From NCBI GenBank assembly GCA_016714535.1, contig JADKDR010000007.1, forward strand, positions 1,022 through 65,021: a stretch of DNA of 64,000 nucleotides, written 5' to 3'. Below are positions 30,213 to 39,127 of the stretch, one piece after another (the first letter of the stretch is position 1; the number at the start of each line of letters is the position of its first letter). The notes under the pieces are model-generated. The model saw only the letters and a list, made by a program, of their open reading frames with translations. It was not told the DNA's origin and searched no databases. Both the position numbers and the translations under genes were made by a program. This DNA comes from Bacteroidota bacterium. GTDB lineage: Bacteria > Bacteroidota > Bacteroidia > AKYH767-A > OLB10.

Positions 30213-30935
30213 ATGAGACAAGCATTTTCAATAATTATTATTCTTATACTATCAGCAAACAGAATGTATGCTCAAAACTTTGATTTAGGCAGTTGGAACA
30301 TCCTAAATTTAAAATACAACCATAGTGACAAACTCAGCTTTTTTGGAGAAGCACAACTACGTTCATTAAAATTTTACAGCAACTTTCACTATTACGAATA
30401 TAAGGGCGGTATTAACTACAAAGCTCACAAAAACATTAACCTGACCTTGGGTGCAGGTAGTTATCAAACCTACAAAGAAGGTGGCGATTTTGTTTTACCA
30501 AAAAACAATGACGAATTTAGGCTTTGGCCACAACTAATATTTTTTCAATCAATAGGGAAGTTGAAAATTGAACAACGCTATCGTGCAGAGTCTAGATTTA
30601 CAAGTAATGGCTATCGTAACCGTTTTCGTTACAGACTTGGCGTTTCTTATGCATTTGGAAAGGAGCGAAATAATTATAAACCTTTTCAAGTTAGTGCAAG
30701 TAACGAAATTTTTTTCACGGACAAGGAAGCATACTTTGAGAGAAACCGATTATTATTTGCGTTCAATTACAAACCTACAAAAGCAGCCGCTTTGCAGATT
30801 GGCTATTTACATCAGTTCGACTACAAAATAAATGATGAAACTGGTCGTGACTTTCTGGTAATAGGCTTTTACTTTGACATTTTCAGGAAATCAATTTCGA
30901 AAAAGGAGAACGATAATGAAATTAAAGACAATTAA
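30213..30935 (+). CDS. Predicted outer-membrane beta-barrel protein (DUF2490-like)
   Basis: Signal peptide MRQAFSIIIILILSANRMYAQ. Alternating amphipathic strands rich in Y/F/R. The family assignment is from memory only. Confidence 0.45.
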   Translation: MRQAFSIIIILILSANRMYAQNFDLGSWNILNLKYNHSDKLSFFGEAQLRSLKFYSNFHYYEYKGGINYKAHKNINLTLGAGSYQTYKEGGDFVLPKNNDEFRLWPQLIFFQSIGKLKIEQRYRAESRFTSNGYRNRFRYRLGVSYAFGKERNNYKPFQVSASNEIFFTDKEAYFERNRLLFAFNYKPTKAAALQIGYLHQFDYKINDETGRDFLVIGFYFDIFRKSISKKENDNEIKDN

Positions 30936-30943
30936 TTACGCAG

Positions 30944-31300
30944 ACCGCCAGCTGCTAACATTTAGTCATCTATTCATAACCCACAATCGAGTAAAACAAA
31001 CGAGGAGGTTTTCGTATATATAGTATTCAGCAACATGAGCCTCGATGCGCTTAGTATGAGCTGCAGCCTGTCGGGTGTATAGGTGCATTTATTTCGGAGT
31101 TTTGCGGGAAATTTAACGATTGCAACAGTAGGTATATACGTTGTTGGTTTATTACCTTTAAGAAAAGCATAAAGTAGCCCCTACCCGCTATTCATGTATT
31201 TTTTTTGAGTGTATTTGTTTTCCTTTTTGTTTTCAAGGTGAAGAGATTTTGCTATTGTTGGAGAGCTGCGGTTGCGCAATTCTTCTGCATATACTAATCG
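30944..31300 (-). mobile_element. Repeat-family copy G (transposase relic mostly deleted; right end degenerate)
   Basis: Starts 8 nt after the stop at 30935 with accgccagctgctaacatttag (compare copy D). Shares ttcagcaacatgagcc, atttcggagttttgcggg and ttgcaacagtaggtatatacgttgttgg. Then aaaagcataaagtag jumps to gctattcatgtattttttttgag (compare copy D gctatgtgatgtgtatttattttttttgaag). The end point is uncertain. Confidence 0.5.
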
Positions 31301-31605
31301 CTATTAAAATATTTGTAAGTTTCTCAAAGAACCAATTTGGCTATAACCGGCACGAGCATTCTGCTCGTGCTTCGTGAGCGTATGGATACTAAAGCCTAGA
31401 CTTTAAGAATAATGCAGATTAGAAATAGAAATAATAAATTTACGTACGGTACCAACTGCAAACTAATTCCAGTAAAAGCAACTAGATGCGTTTAGTTCGT
31501 TTTAAAATGAAATTAATAGAAGGCGAATCTGCCTTATAACCAAGGACGCATGAACAAATTTTTTATAAACTGAAGTTTATAAATGCAAGAATTGAGGATT
31601 GTAAA

Positions 31606-32238
31606 TTATGCATGATCAAACATCCATATAATTTCGGCCATCATCATGGCTGTTGCTCCCCATACAATATGGTCGCCTATTTGGTAACAAGGCACTTGCC
31701 TTATCATGCCGCTTTTTACAGTTACCTTAGTTTCTATTTTATTAGCAGGATTTAAAAATTCAAGAAAAGGCAGGAGCAAAATTTCCTTTACCTCGTTATC
31801 ATCTTTTTTTAGTTTAGGTATTTTATTTCCAAACGAGATAAATGGATGTACTGTAAATTTACTTACGGGAATATGAACCCTCGACAACATGCCGGCAATT
31901 TCTATCTCGCTTTGTGCAATGCCTACCTCCTCATTGGCTTCTCGTATAGCGGTATATTCAAAATTTGCATCTGCATTTTCAAACTTCCCTCCTGGAAAAG
32001 AAATCTGACCACTGTGCACCCCATCGTAATCACTACGTTTAATAAACACGATATGTGGACTAGCATTGCTTTCAAAAATATGGATGAGCACAGCACCTTG
32101 CCTGTAGGTTTGAACTTCGTGTTGAATATTTTCGTAGGCTGCACGGCCTACCGGAGCCATTAGTTTTTGCAACTCAATACCTGGCAGCGGTAATTTTATT
32201 TTCTCCGTAACAATCTCCTTTATTTGTTCGATTTTCAC
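31606..32238 (-). CDS. Nudix hydrolase, CoA pyrophosphatase-like
   Basis: Nudix box GGKFENADANFEYTAIREANEEVGI (Gx5Ex7REUxEExGU). The size and the upstream motif fit the NudL/CoA pyrophosphatase subgroup. Confidence 0.7.
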   Translation of the reverse strand: MKIEQIKEIVTEKIKLPLPGIELQKLMAPVGRAAYENIQHEVQTYRQGAVLIHIFESNASPHIVFIKRSDYDGVHSGQISFPGGKFENADANFEYTAIREANEEVGIAQSEIEIAGMLSRVHIPVSKFTVHPFISFGNKIPKLKKDDNEVKEILLLPFLEFLNPANKIETKVTVKSGMIRQVPCYQIGDHIVWGATAMMMAEIIWMFDHA

Positions 32239-32477
32239 TTGTCAAATCTTCTATCAGTTTTTTTTACACAAATTTCTTCCTTACGTAAGTCTACAATAAC
32301 ATGGTTTAATATAAATGAGTCCGTTTATTAAAGCAAGATAATGCTAACCTAATCATACTCGAATAGTTAAAACATAAACTAGCACCTAACTAAAACGATA
32401 AGATAAATCTTAAACAGTCTCATAAATTATGATGTTATATGTATTCCTTAACGCAGGTACTTACCTTGAGCCTATAA

Positions 32478-34283
32478 TTAAAAGCAGTACTCACCTGCTT
32501 CGGTCAGCGCCTTAGCTATTGCTCTGCGCGCATCACGTGTGTTAATCGGGTTGGCTTTGGTAAATCGTTTTAAACCTAACAACAACAATTGCATTTGATC
32601 ACCATCGCTCATCGATACGATTGCGTTTTTACCTGCGCTATTTATTTTTTCGGCACTATCGTAAATATAAAGTTGCAGCAATTGACTATGCAAAGCAGTT
32701 GCTTTGCCTTCCATCGACAATTTATGTACACGCAGCAGGATGGACTCTGCCACAAACACATACATTGCCATATCGGCTATGTTCATCAATATCTCTTGCT
32801 CGGTGGCAAGTTTCATCATGTATTTTTGTACCGCACTGCCAGCTACCATCAGCACACATTTCTTTAATTGCTCTATGGTTTTATATTCTGAGGCAAAAGG
32901 TATATCGTCACCGTTACTACCAAAATCAGGAATTTCCATCAATTCTTTTTGCACATTTGTAGCGGGAGTCATAAGGTCGAGTTCTCCTTTCATAGCACGT
33001 TTAAGCAACATATCAACCGTTAGCAAGCGATTAATTTCGTTGGTGCCTTCAAATATGCGATTGATGCGCGAGTCGCGGTATGCTCGATCCATAGGATAAT
33101 CGGCACTAAAACCATAGCCTCCATATATCTGCACTCCTTCGTCCACCACATAGTCGAGCACTTCGCTTCCATATACTTTGAGCATGGCGCATTCCACCGC
33201 ATATTCCTCAGCGGCACCCAGCAATGATGTTGCATAGTCCTTGCCGGCCTGCTGCAGGTCAAGTTGCTTTTGCTCTATTAAATAACTGATTCTGAACAAG
33301 GCACTTTCACAAGCGAAAATGCGCATGGCCTGCTCAGCGAGCTTGTATCTGATGGCACCAAACTTAGCAATGGGCATCTTAAATTGTTCGCGTGTTAATG
33401 CATAATCAATCGATTTTGTGCATACCTTTTTTGATGCACCAAGCGCAGCCGCTGCAAGTTTTGCCCGCCCAATATTTAAAATATTAAAAGCTATTAAATG
33501 CCCCTTGCCTTCTTCGCCCAAAAGATTTTCTTTTGGAATAATGCAATCCTGAAAAAAGACTTGACGGGTGCTGCTACCTTTTATACCCATTTTATGTTCC
33601 TCATTGCCCAGCGACAACCCGGGGGTTTCGCGCTCTACAATGAAGCCTGTAAATCCGGGCTTTTCAGCCGGAAATTTTTCTGAATGCAATTGTGCAAATA
33701 CAATAAACAAGTCTGCAAATCCGGCATTGGTTATCCACATTTTTTGCCCGTTTAATATGTAAGACTTGCCATCCTTACTAATTTCAGCTTTTGTTTTAGC
33801 TGCCAATGCATCGCTGCCACTTCCCGGTTCGGTAAGACAATACGATGCTTTCCATTCACCGGTTGCAAGTTTGGGCAAGTACTGTTGCTTTTGCGTTTCA
33901 TTGCCAAAGTATAATATAGGCAACGTACCAATACCTGTATGCGCTGCCATGGCCACACTAAATGAATGTCCAGCCCCAAGAGCCTCCGTCATTAGCATAC
34001 CGGTAATAAAATCTTTGCCAAGGCCACCATATGCTTCGGGTACCGAAACTCCAAGCAAACCAAGTTCGCCAGCCTTGTCTACCAGCGATTCCATCAACCC
34101 CTCCTCCATGGCATCTATACGGTCAAGCACCGGTGTTACTTCCTTATCAAGAAAGTCATTGGCCATTTCCCACATCATACGATGCTCTTCGTTCAAATGT
34201 TCTGGTATAAACGTATTTTCTGGTGTTGAAGGTTTTATCAGAAATTCGCCACCCTTCAAAGTAGCTTTTGTAACGGTATCCAT
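32478..34283 (-). CDS. Acyl-CoA dehydrogenase (long, ~600-aa FadE-like form)
   Basis: ACAD N-terminal, middle and C-terminal domain motifs (CLTEPGSGSDA, GQKMWITNAG, YGGYGFSADYPMDRAYRDSRINRIFEGTNEI) plus a C-terminal extension. Confidence 0.85.
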   Translation of the reverse strand: MDTVTKATLKGGEFLIKPSTPENTFIPEHLNEEHRMMWEMANDFLDKEVTPVLDRIDAMEEGLMESLVDKAGELGLLGVSVPEAYGGLGKDFITGMLMTEALGAGHSFSVAMAAHTGIGTLPILYFGNETQKQQYLPKLATGEWKASYCLTEPGSGSDALAAKTKAEISKDGKSYILNGQKMWITNAGFADLFIVFAQLHSEKFPAEKPGFTGFIVERETPGLSLGNEEHKMGIKGSSTRQVFFQDCIIPKENLLGEEGKGHLIAFNILNIGRAKLAAAALGASKKVCTKSIDYALTREQFKMPIAKFGAIRYKLAEQAMRIFACESALFRISYLIEQKQLDLQQAGKDYATSLLGAAEEYAVECAMLKVYGSEVLDYVVDEGVQIYGGYGFSADYPMDRAYRDSRINRIFEGTNEINRLLTVDMLLKRAMKGELDLMTPATNVQKELMEIPDFGSNGDDIPFASEYKTIEQLKKCVLMVAGSAVQKYMMKLATEQEILMNIADMAMYVFVAESILLRVHKLSMEGKATALHSQLLQLYIYDSAEKINSAGKNAIVSMSDGDQMQLLLLGLKRFTKANPINTRDARRAIAKALTEAGEYCF

Positions 34284-34289
34284 ATATTA

Positions 34290-34739
34290 TTAGTATTTTT
34301 TTTGTTCCAGCACTGAAGTTCCATCATCAAATAGGGTTACAATATAGAGATTATCATACTCATCGAGCGGAATTTCACCAACATTAAAGTTAATTCCTAA
34401 AGCGCGTATTAGCATAGGTACGTTATCGCTATGCCCACCTATAAGTACTTTGTAATAATCATCATCACTAATTATTTTATGTGCCAATCCCACCACATCG
34501 CGATAGTTATAAAACTCTACCAAAGCAAACTGGTCTTCGGCAGTTGGCCTTATAGTATTCAGAGTGCGCGGTAAATCGGTAGAAAAAACATGGTCAATGG
34601 TTTCGTGTTGAAACAGGTGTGCAAGTTTCTTAGCTCTGCCATGGCCGGCAGTACTTAAGTCAGAATCAAAAAAACTGCTTTCTTTTTCGGCATGACGAAC
34701 AAGATATAATACCTTTACTTTTCTGCGGATGTCACTCAT
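34290..34739 (-). CDS. Histidine phosphatase family protein (SixA-like)
   Basis: N-terminal LVRHAEK (RHG-type motif) and distal GGHSDN. Confidence 0.65.
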   Translation of the reverse strand: MSDIRRKVKVLYLVRHAEKESSFFDSDLSTAGHGRAKKLAHLFQHETIDHVFSTDLPRTLNTIRPTAEDQFALVEFYNYRDVVGLAHKIISDDDYYKVLIGGHSDNVPMLIRALGINFNVGEIPLDEYDNLYIVTLFDDGTSVLEQKKY

Positions 34740-34924
34740 TCGATTAGTCTGGCTATCAAAAGTAATTTTACAAAGGTGCTTTATTTTTTATTTGTATATC
34801 AAAAAGTAAAAAATATATTTGCAATGCTTTTCTGCATCAATTAAACATGATTCTTTTAAAAATATTAAAAAATTAATTCAAATTTTCAAATAAAAAATTC
34901 TAATTCTTAATAATCGTAACACTT

Positions 34925-36763
34925 ATGAAAAAAAACTTACTCTTTGTATTAATGCTTTTTACTGCTGCGTTTAGTTTAAATGCACAAACCAGCGGTGGTC
35001 CCGACACCTATGGCTATATGTGGTATGACAGTAACGACCCCAACGGCCCTGCCTACAATTGGATAGACGTTACTACGCTTCCAGGTGTAAATCAGGTTAA
35101 AGATCTTGCCGATGATAATGTAGTTGGTCCATTTCCGATGGGTTTCGACTTTCACTATTACTGGTATGATGTAAGTTCTTACCGTATTGGTAGTAACGGA
35201 TACATCACTTTCTCCAATGGAAACCTTGCTGTTCCTTTCCCCCCCATCCCGCAAGCCACCAACCTCAACACTTATATCGCTGCTTTCGCATGTGATTTGA
35301 ATTTTGATGGAAGCGGCAACTTGGGGGAATGCTACAGCTGGATATCCCCTACTCTTGATACCTTAATCGTATCCTATGTTGACGTTCCTTTTTGGGAGCC
35401 TGGAATTAACTTCCAGGGTGAAAACTCTTTTCAAATAATTTTATCAGCAGTTGATAGTTCTATTACATTTCAATATGAAGAACAAATTGGCACTTACAAC
35501 GGTACATTTGCTAATTTCCTCTCTATTGGAATCGAAAACAATTCGGGCAATATAGGGCTGCAACATTCTTACGACATTTACCCTCCGGTTGGTTATGCCG
35601 TTAAGTTTGTTTACCCTCAAACTGTTACCTATCAGGCTTATGATGCAAGTACCGAATGGGTAGGTACTCCCGGAAGCGGTGGCGAGTTTCTTCTTAAAGG
35701 CGCACCTTACGAAATGAAGGTATCAGTTAATAATACCGGCAATCAAGTTTTAAATCCATTTAATTTATTTTCAGAGATCAAATCTGGATTTACCCAAGTT
35801 AACAGTGCTACAGGAACAACAGACACCTTGCAAGTTGGTGCATCTCAATTAATTACTTATCCAAATAATTTGTGGACACCGGCCACTGCAGGAACATTCT
35901 CGTTTATCAACACCACACAGTTATCTAATGATGTTGTTGCCTCAAACAATAAAGATACAAGCGAATTGGTAGTTATAGATACGGTTGTCAATCAAATTCA
36001 ATGGCTATCATTTGACAATGGAGTTCCTGCAAATGCTGCAGGTTTGAGTTGGAATGGCGGTGGCCCAGGAGAAGGAGTTGGTATGGAGTTTCCGTTACCA
36101 TATTATCCATGCCGCATTAATGAAATGAGAGCTTTTGTTGTTGCCAATGCAACACCCGAAGGTATGGCTCTTAAACTTTATGATGATGATGGCTTTATGG
36201 GTGCCCCTTATACGTTGCTTGACTCTGTTTGGATTGACCCTTTCAGTGTGCAGGTTGGCACCTGGACTACCGTGCCGCTTACCGTACCACTGGTAATTGA
36301 TTCAGGAAGTGTATTTATGATGTGGGAAATGGGAGGCGGTGGCATTGGCATCGGACAAAATGTGGTTCGCCCTATTTCTGAACGTGCTTATGAAGTATTA
36401 GGTGGTGCATGGTCTATTTACCGCGACCGTGGCAACGAAGATTTTATGTTGAATATCTCCATTTCAACACCTACTCAATCTGTTAATGAGCTAAGCAACT
36501 CTTCCATTTTCGGAAATTTGTATCCTAATCCATCTTCTAATTTTGCTTCTATCGAATATAATGCAATAAACCGAATTGCAGATTTGCAGGTTAATATTTA
36601 CTCAATAGATGGCAAACTAGTTAGCAATCAACAATATAGTGCTGGCTTATCTGGAACCGGAAGCATCAAGATTATTACTCAAAACCTGAGTAATGGTGCA
36701 TATACTTGCGAACTAATTGCCGATGGCAAAAAATCAGCTTATAAATTAATGATAGCGCACTAA
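34925..36763 (+). CDS. Secreted protein of unknown function with T9SS C-terminal sorting domain
   Basis: Signal peptide MKKNLLFVLMLFTAAFSLNAQ. C-terminal LYPNPSSNFASIEY...GAYTCELI tail. Confidence 0.6.
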   Translation: MKKNLLFVLMLFTAAFSLNAQTSGGPDTYGYMWYDSNDPNGPAYNWIDVTTLPGVNQVKDLADDNVVGPFPMGFDFHYYWYDVSSYRIGSNGYITFSNGNLAVPFPPIPQATNLNTYIAAFACDLNFDGSGNLGECYSWISPTLDTLIVSYVDVPFWEPGINFQGENSFQIILSAVDSSITFQYEEQIGTYNGTFANFLSIGIENNSGNIGLQHSYDIYPPVGYAVKFVYPQTVTYQAYDASTEWVGTPGSGGEFLLKGAPYEMKVSVNNTGNQVLNPFNLFSEIKSGFTQVNSATGTTDTLQVGASQLITYPNNLWTPATAGTFSFINTTQLSNDVVASNNKDTSELVVIDTVVNQIQWLSFDNGVPANAAGLSWNGGGPGEGVGMEFPLPYYPCRINEMRAFVVANATPEGMALKLYDDDGFMGAPYTLLDSVWIDPFSVQVGTWTTVPLTVPLVIDSGSVFMMWEMGGGGIGIGQNVVRPISERAYEVLGGAWSIYRDRGNEDFMLNISISTPTQSVNELSNSSIFGNLYPNPSSNFASIEYNAINRIADLQVNIYSIDGKLVSNQQYSAGLSGTGSIKIITQNLSNGAYTCELIADGKKSAYKLMIAH

Positions 36764-36792
36764 GCTCGAAGAAATATATCTGCCCCTTTATT

Positions 36793-36841
36793 CCAGGAGT
36801 TAAAAAATGAAAACTCATTTTTTAAACTCCTGGTTTTTTTA
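36793..36841 (+). terminator. Rho-independent terminator
   Basis: Long near-perfect hairpin ccaggagttaaaaaatga / tcattttttaaactcctgg followed by a T run, 30 nt after the stop at 36763. Confidence 0.6.
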
Positions 36842-36957
36842 TGGTAAACTAAAAATCTGGCAAGGTTTTTTGTTGAAAAAAAAGCGCAAGTTATACCCCA
36901 TACCTAATGAATGTTATAGCTTTGCACCTTCATTGTTAATTAGAAAAAAGTACAGTT

Positions 36958-37833
36958 GTGATACATACTCATAAACCAAAAGGGAAATTAATATCCATAG
37001 GCGGGGCAGAAGATAAAGGAACCGATGCAGAACCTAATTTTACACAAAAAAATAATCTCAACTTTTTTGAACTTCAGATTTTACAACGCATCGTACAAGA
37101 AACCGGTGGCACCGAAAAGCATATTGAAGTTATTACTACTGCGTCTTCTATACCTGAAGAAGTTGGCGATGGTTACCTCCGCGCATTTGGCAAATTAGGG
37201 TGCAACAATGTACAATTGATGCACATTAAAAATCGTGAGCATACAGCCAACCCGGAATTTATTGAACGCATACAAAAGGCTGATGGAATAATGATGACCG
37301 GGGGCAACCAACTTCGTCTGTCTACTATCATTGGCGGTACCAATATTCATAAAATAATGAGTAATCGCTACATGGAAGAAAACCTGGTAATAGCCGGTAC
37401 AAGCGCTGGAGCAATGGCCATGAGTAACACCATGATCTATCAGGGTAGTAGTAGTGAAGCACTCCTCAAAGGCGAAGTTAAACTTACAACTGGCCTCGGA
37501 TTATTGCGCGATGTTATTATAGACACACACTTTGTAAAACGCGGACGATTTGGCCGCTTAGCCGAAGCGGTTGCCAGCAATCCTTCTTGCATAGGTATTG
37601 GTCTTGGAGAAGATACCGGTTTGCTAATAAGCGAAGGCACTGTTATGGAGGCCGTTGGCTCAGGCCTTGTAATTATTATTGATGGGCATAATATCATGTT
37701 TACCAATATTGCAGATGTGCAATATGGCTCTCCAATTTCTATCGAAAACCTGGCAGTACATGTCTTAGCAAAAGGCAACTGCTTCGACCTCCATACACGC
37801 AAATTCTTTGCTGATGTAGAAGAAGTAAAATAG
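36958..37833 (+). CDS. Cyanophycinase (peptidase S51)
   Basis: LISIGGAEDKG, MMTGGNQLRL and AGTSAGAMAMS (nucleophile Ser) motifs. GTG start. Confidence 0.8.
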   Translation: MIHTHKPKGKLISIGGAEDKGTDAEPNFTQKNNLNFFELQILQRIVQETGGTEKHIEVITTASSIPEEVGDGYLRAFGKLGCNNVQLMHIKNREHTANPEFIERIQKADGIMMTGGNQLRLSTIIGGTNIHKIMSNRYMEENLVIAGTSAGAMAMSNTMIYQGSSSEALLKGEVKLTTGLGLLRDVIIDTHFVKRGRFGRLAEAVASNPSCIGIGLGEDTGLLISEGTVMEAVGSGLVIIIDGHNIMFTNIADVQYGSPISIENLAVHVLAKGNCFDLHTRKFFADVEEVK

Positions 37834-37921
37834 AATATAAGATTACTTTTTTCGTCCGCTTGCTTGCCCCTTTCTGCATAAAAAAGATTAAATCATATTG
37901 CTTTAAATAAATAAAAATAAA

Positions 37922-39118
37922 ATGGTAAAAACACTTCTCTGCATATGTTCAATAATTTCAATTTTGCTTACGCAAAATTGTTCGGAACAAACACAACCTG
38001 CCAACAACCACAAAAAAAATAACAAGGGCAATTCGCAACCACAAAAAAATAATGGTGAAATAATTATCAATAAGACGCCACTTATAAGCACTGCAGATCC
38101 ACGAGGAATCTATGTTGCAACAGAGTGGCAACGTCCCGTACCTGAACATGTATTTCAAAATAAAGACGTTGATGGAGTTTTCTTTCGTTTAAAATGGGCG
38201 CCTTTTAATCCAGCTAAAGGCAAATACGACTTTAGCTTTCTCAATGGGGAATTAGACAAAACTATTGCGGCTGGCAAAAAATTTTCAATAGGAATAACTG
38301 CAGGTTCAGAAACCCCGGAATGGGTCTACACGCAAGGATGTAAGAAATTGCGGTTTATCGAAATCCCGCTTCAAGGCAAAGCAGAGAAAGCAGTGGAGGC
38401 TGACATACCCGTTGTTTGGGATCCGGTATTTTTACAGTCTTGGAATGATTTTATTGATGCACTTGCTGCTAACCTCAAATCCAATCCTAAATATTACAAC
38501 GCGCTAACAATTGTAAAAATGACCGGCATCAATTTCCACACTGCCGAAATACGATTGCCAGCACAAAGAGAAATAAGTAATGGCAAGGCTAAAAGCACGG
38601 ATGCCGTGAAACTGTGGCAATCCGTGGGCTATAAACCATCAAAAGTGCTTTCTGCCTGGAACTCAATAGTTGATAATTACAACAAAAATTTTCCGGATAA
38701 ATATTTGAGTTACGCGATGATTCCGGATCGTGGCTTCCCTCTTATCGATGAAAATGGTCAGGCCTTTACAAAAGGAGAAAACGAAGATTTCACGCCAACA
38801 CTGATTGACGCAGCAAGAAAAAAAATAGGCAATCATTTTTGTGTACAGTTTAATGCATTAAATGAAAAACGAGGTACTGTACCCTATGTAAAAGATGCTG
38901 CTAAAGCAGGCATTGTATGCGGTTATCAGCTAGAACAAGTTAAATTAAACAATCCCCCTTGCTTACAAAACAATTCTCCCTGTGATGAAGAAATGTTTAA
39001 AGCAGTGTTGGATAATGGCATTAATAATGGTGGAATGTTCATTGAAATATTCACCAAAAATGTACTGGCCTATCCTAAGGCAATAAAGTATGGTCATAAT
39101 AAATTATTCAATTTGTAA
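37922..39118 (+). CDS. Hypothetical lipoprotein (possible TIM-barrel glycosidase-like fold, unassigned)
   Basis: Lipobox-like LLTQNC and a low-complexity linker. No confident motif. Confidence 0.4.
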   Translation: MVKTLLCICSIISILLTQNCSEQTQPANNHKKNNKGNSQPQKNNGEIIINKTPLISTADPRGIYVATEWQRPVPEHVFQNKDVDGVFFRLKWAPFNPAKGKYDFSFLNGELDKTIAAGKKFSIGITAGSETPEWVYTQGCKKLRFIEIPLQGKAEKAVEADIPVVWDPVFLQSWNDFIDALAANLKSNPKYYNALTIVKMTGINFHTAEIRLPAQREISNGKAKSTDAVKLWQSVGYKPSKVLSAWNSIVDNYNKNFPDKYLSYAMIPDRGFPLIDENGQAFTKGENEDFTPTLIDAARKKIGNHFCVQFNALNEKRGTVPYVKDAAKAGIVCGYQLEQVKLNNPPCLQNNSPCDEEMFKAVLDNGINNGGMFIEIFTKNVLAYPKAIKYGHNKLFNL

Positions 39119-39127
39119 TACTGCTGT

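Noticed and set aside
30568-30831. Same-strand ORF 30568..30831 overlapping the DUF2490-like gene in another frame.
   Set aside because: It is nested out of frame inside a longer ORF that has a signal peptide and barrel-like pattern, and it has no independent support.
10555-31300. Classical integron cassette array.
   Set aside because: No intI-type tyrosine recombinase or attI is in the window. The repeats are ~0.2-0.5 kb with TIRs and a transposase relic rather than 60-140-bp attC palindromes. Several modules hold multiple genes. Only the architecture is analogous.
10555-31300. Diversity-generating retroelement (template/variable repeats) or retron.
   Set aside because: There is no reverse transcriptase gene. 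Differences between copies are not adenine-specific. The repeats are intergenic rather than at a gene's 3' coding end.
31350-31370. Perfect 8-bp hairpin gcacgagc-attct-gctcgtgc between copy G and the Nudix gene, as a terminator or small-RNA element.
   Set aside because: It is ~235 nt from the Nudix stop, has no adjacent U tract on either strand, and no second copy was seen. It is noted but cannot be interpreted.
32589-34293. Plus-strand ORFs (up to 175 aa, for example 33766..34293) antisense to the acyl-CoA dehydrogenase gene. Similar antisense ORFs lie within glyA (49996..51327), ComEC, cyanophycinase and the cyclase gene.
   Set aside because: These are low-complexity, motif-free translations lying fully within strongly supported genes on the other strand.
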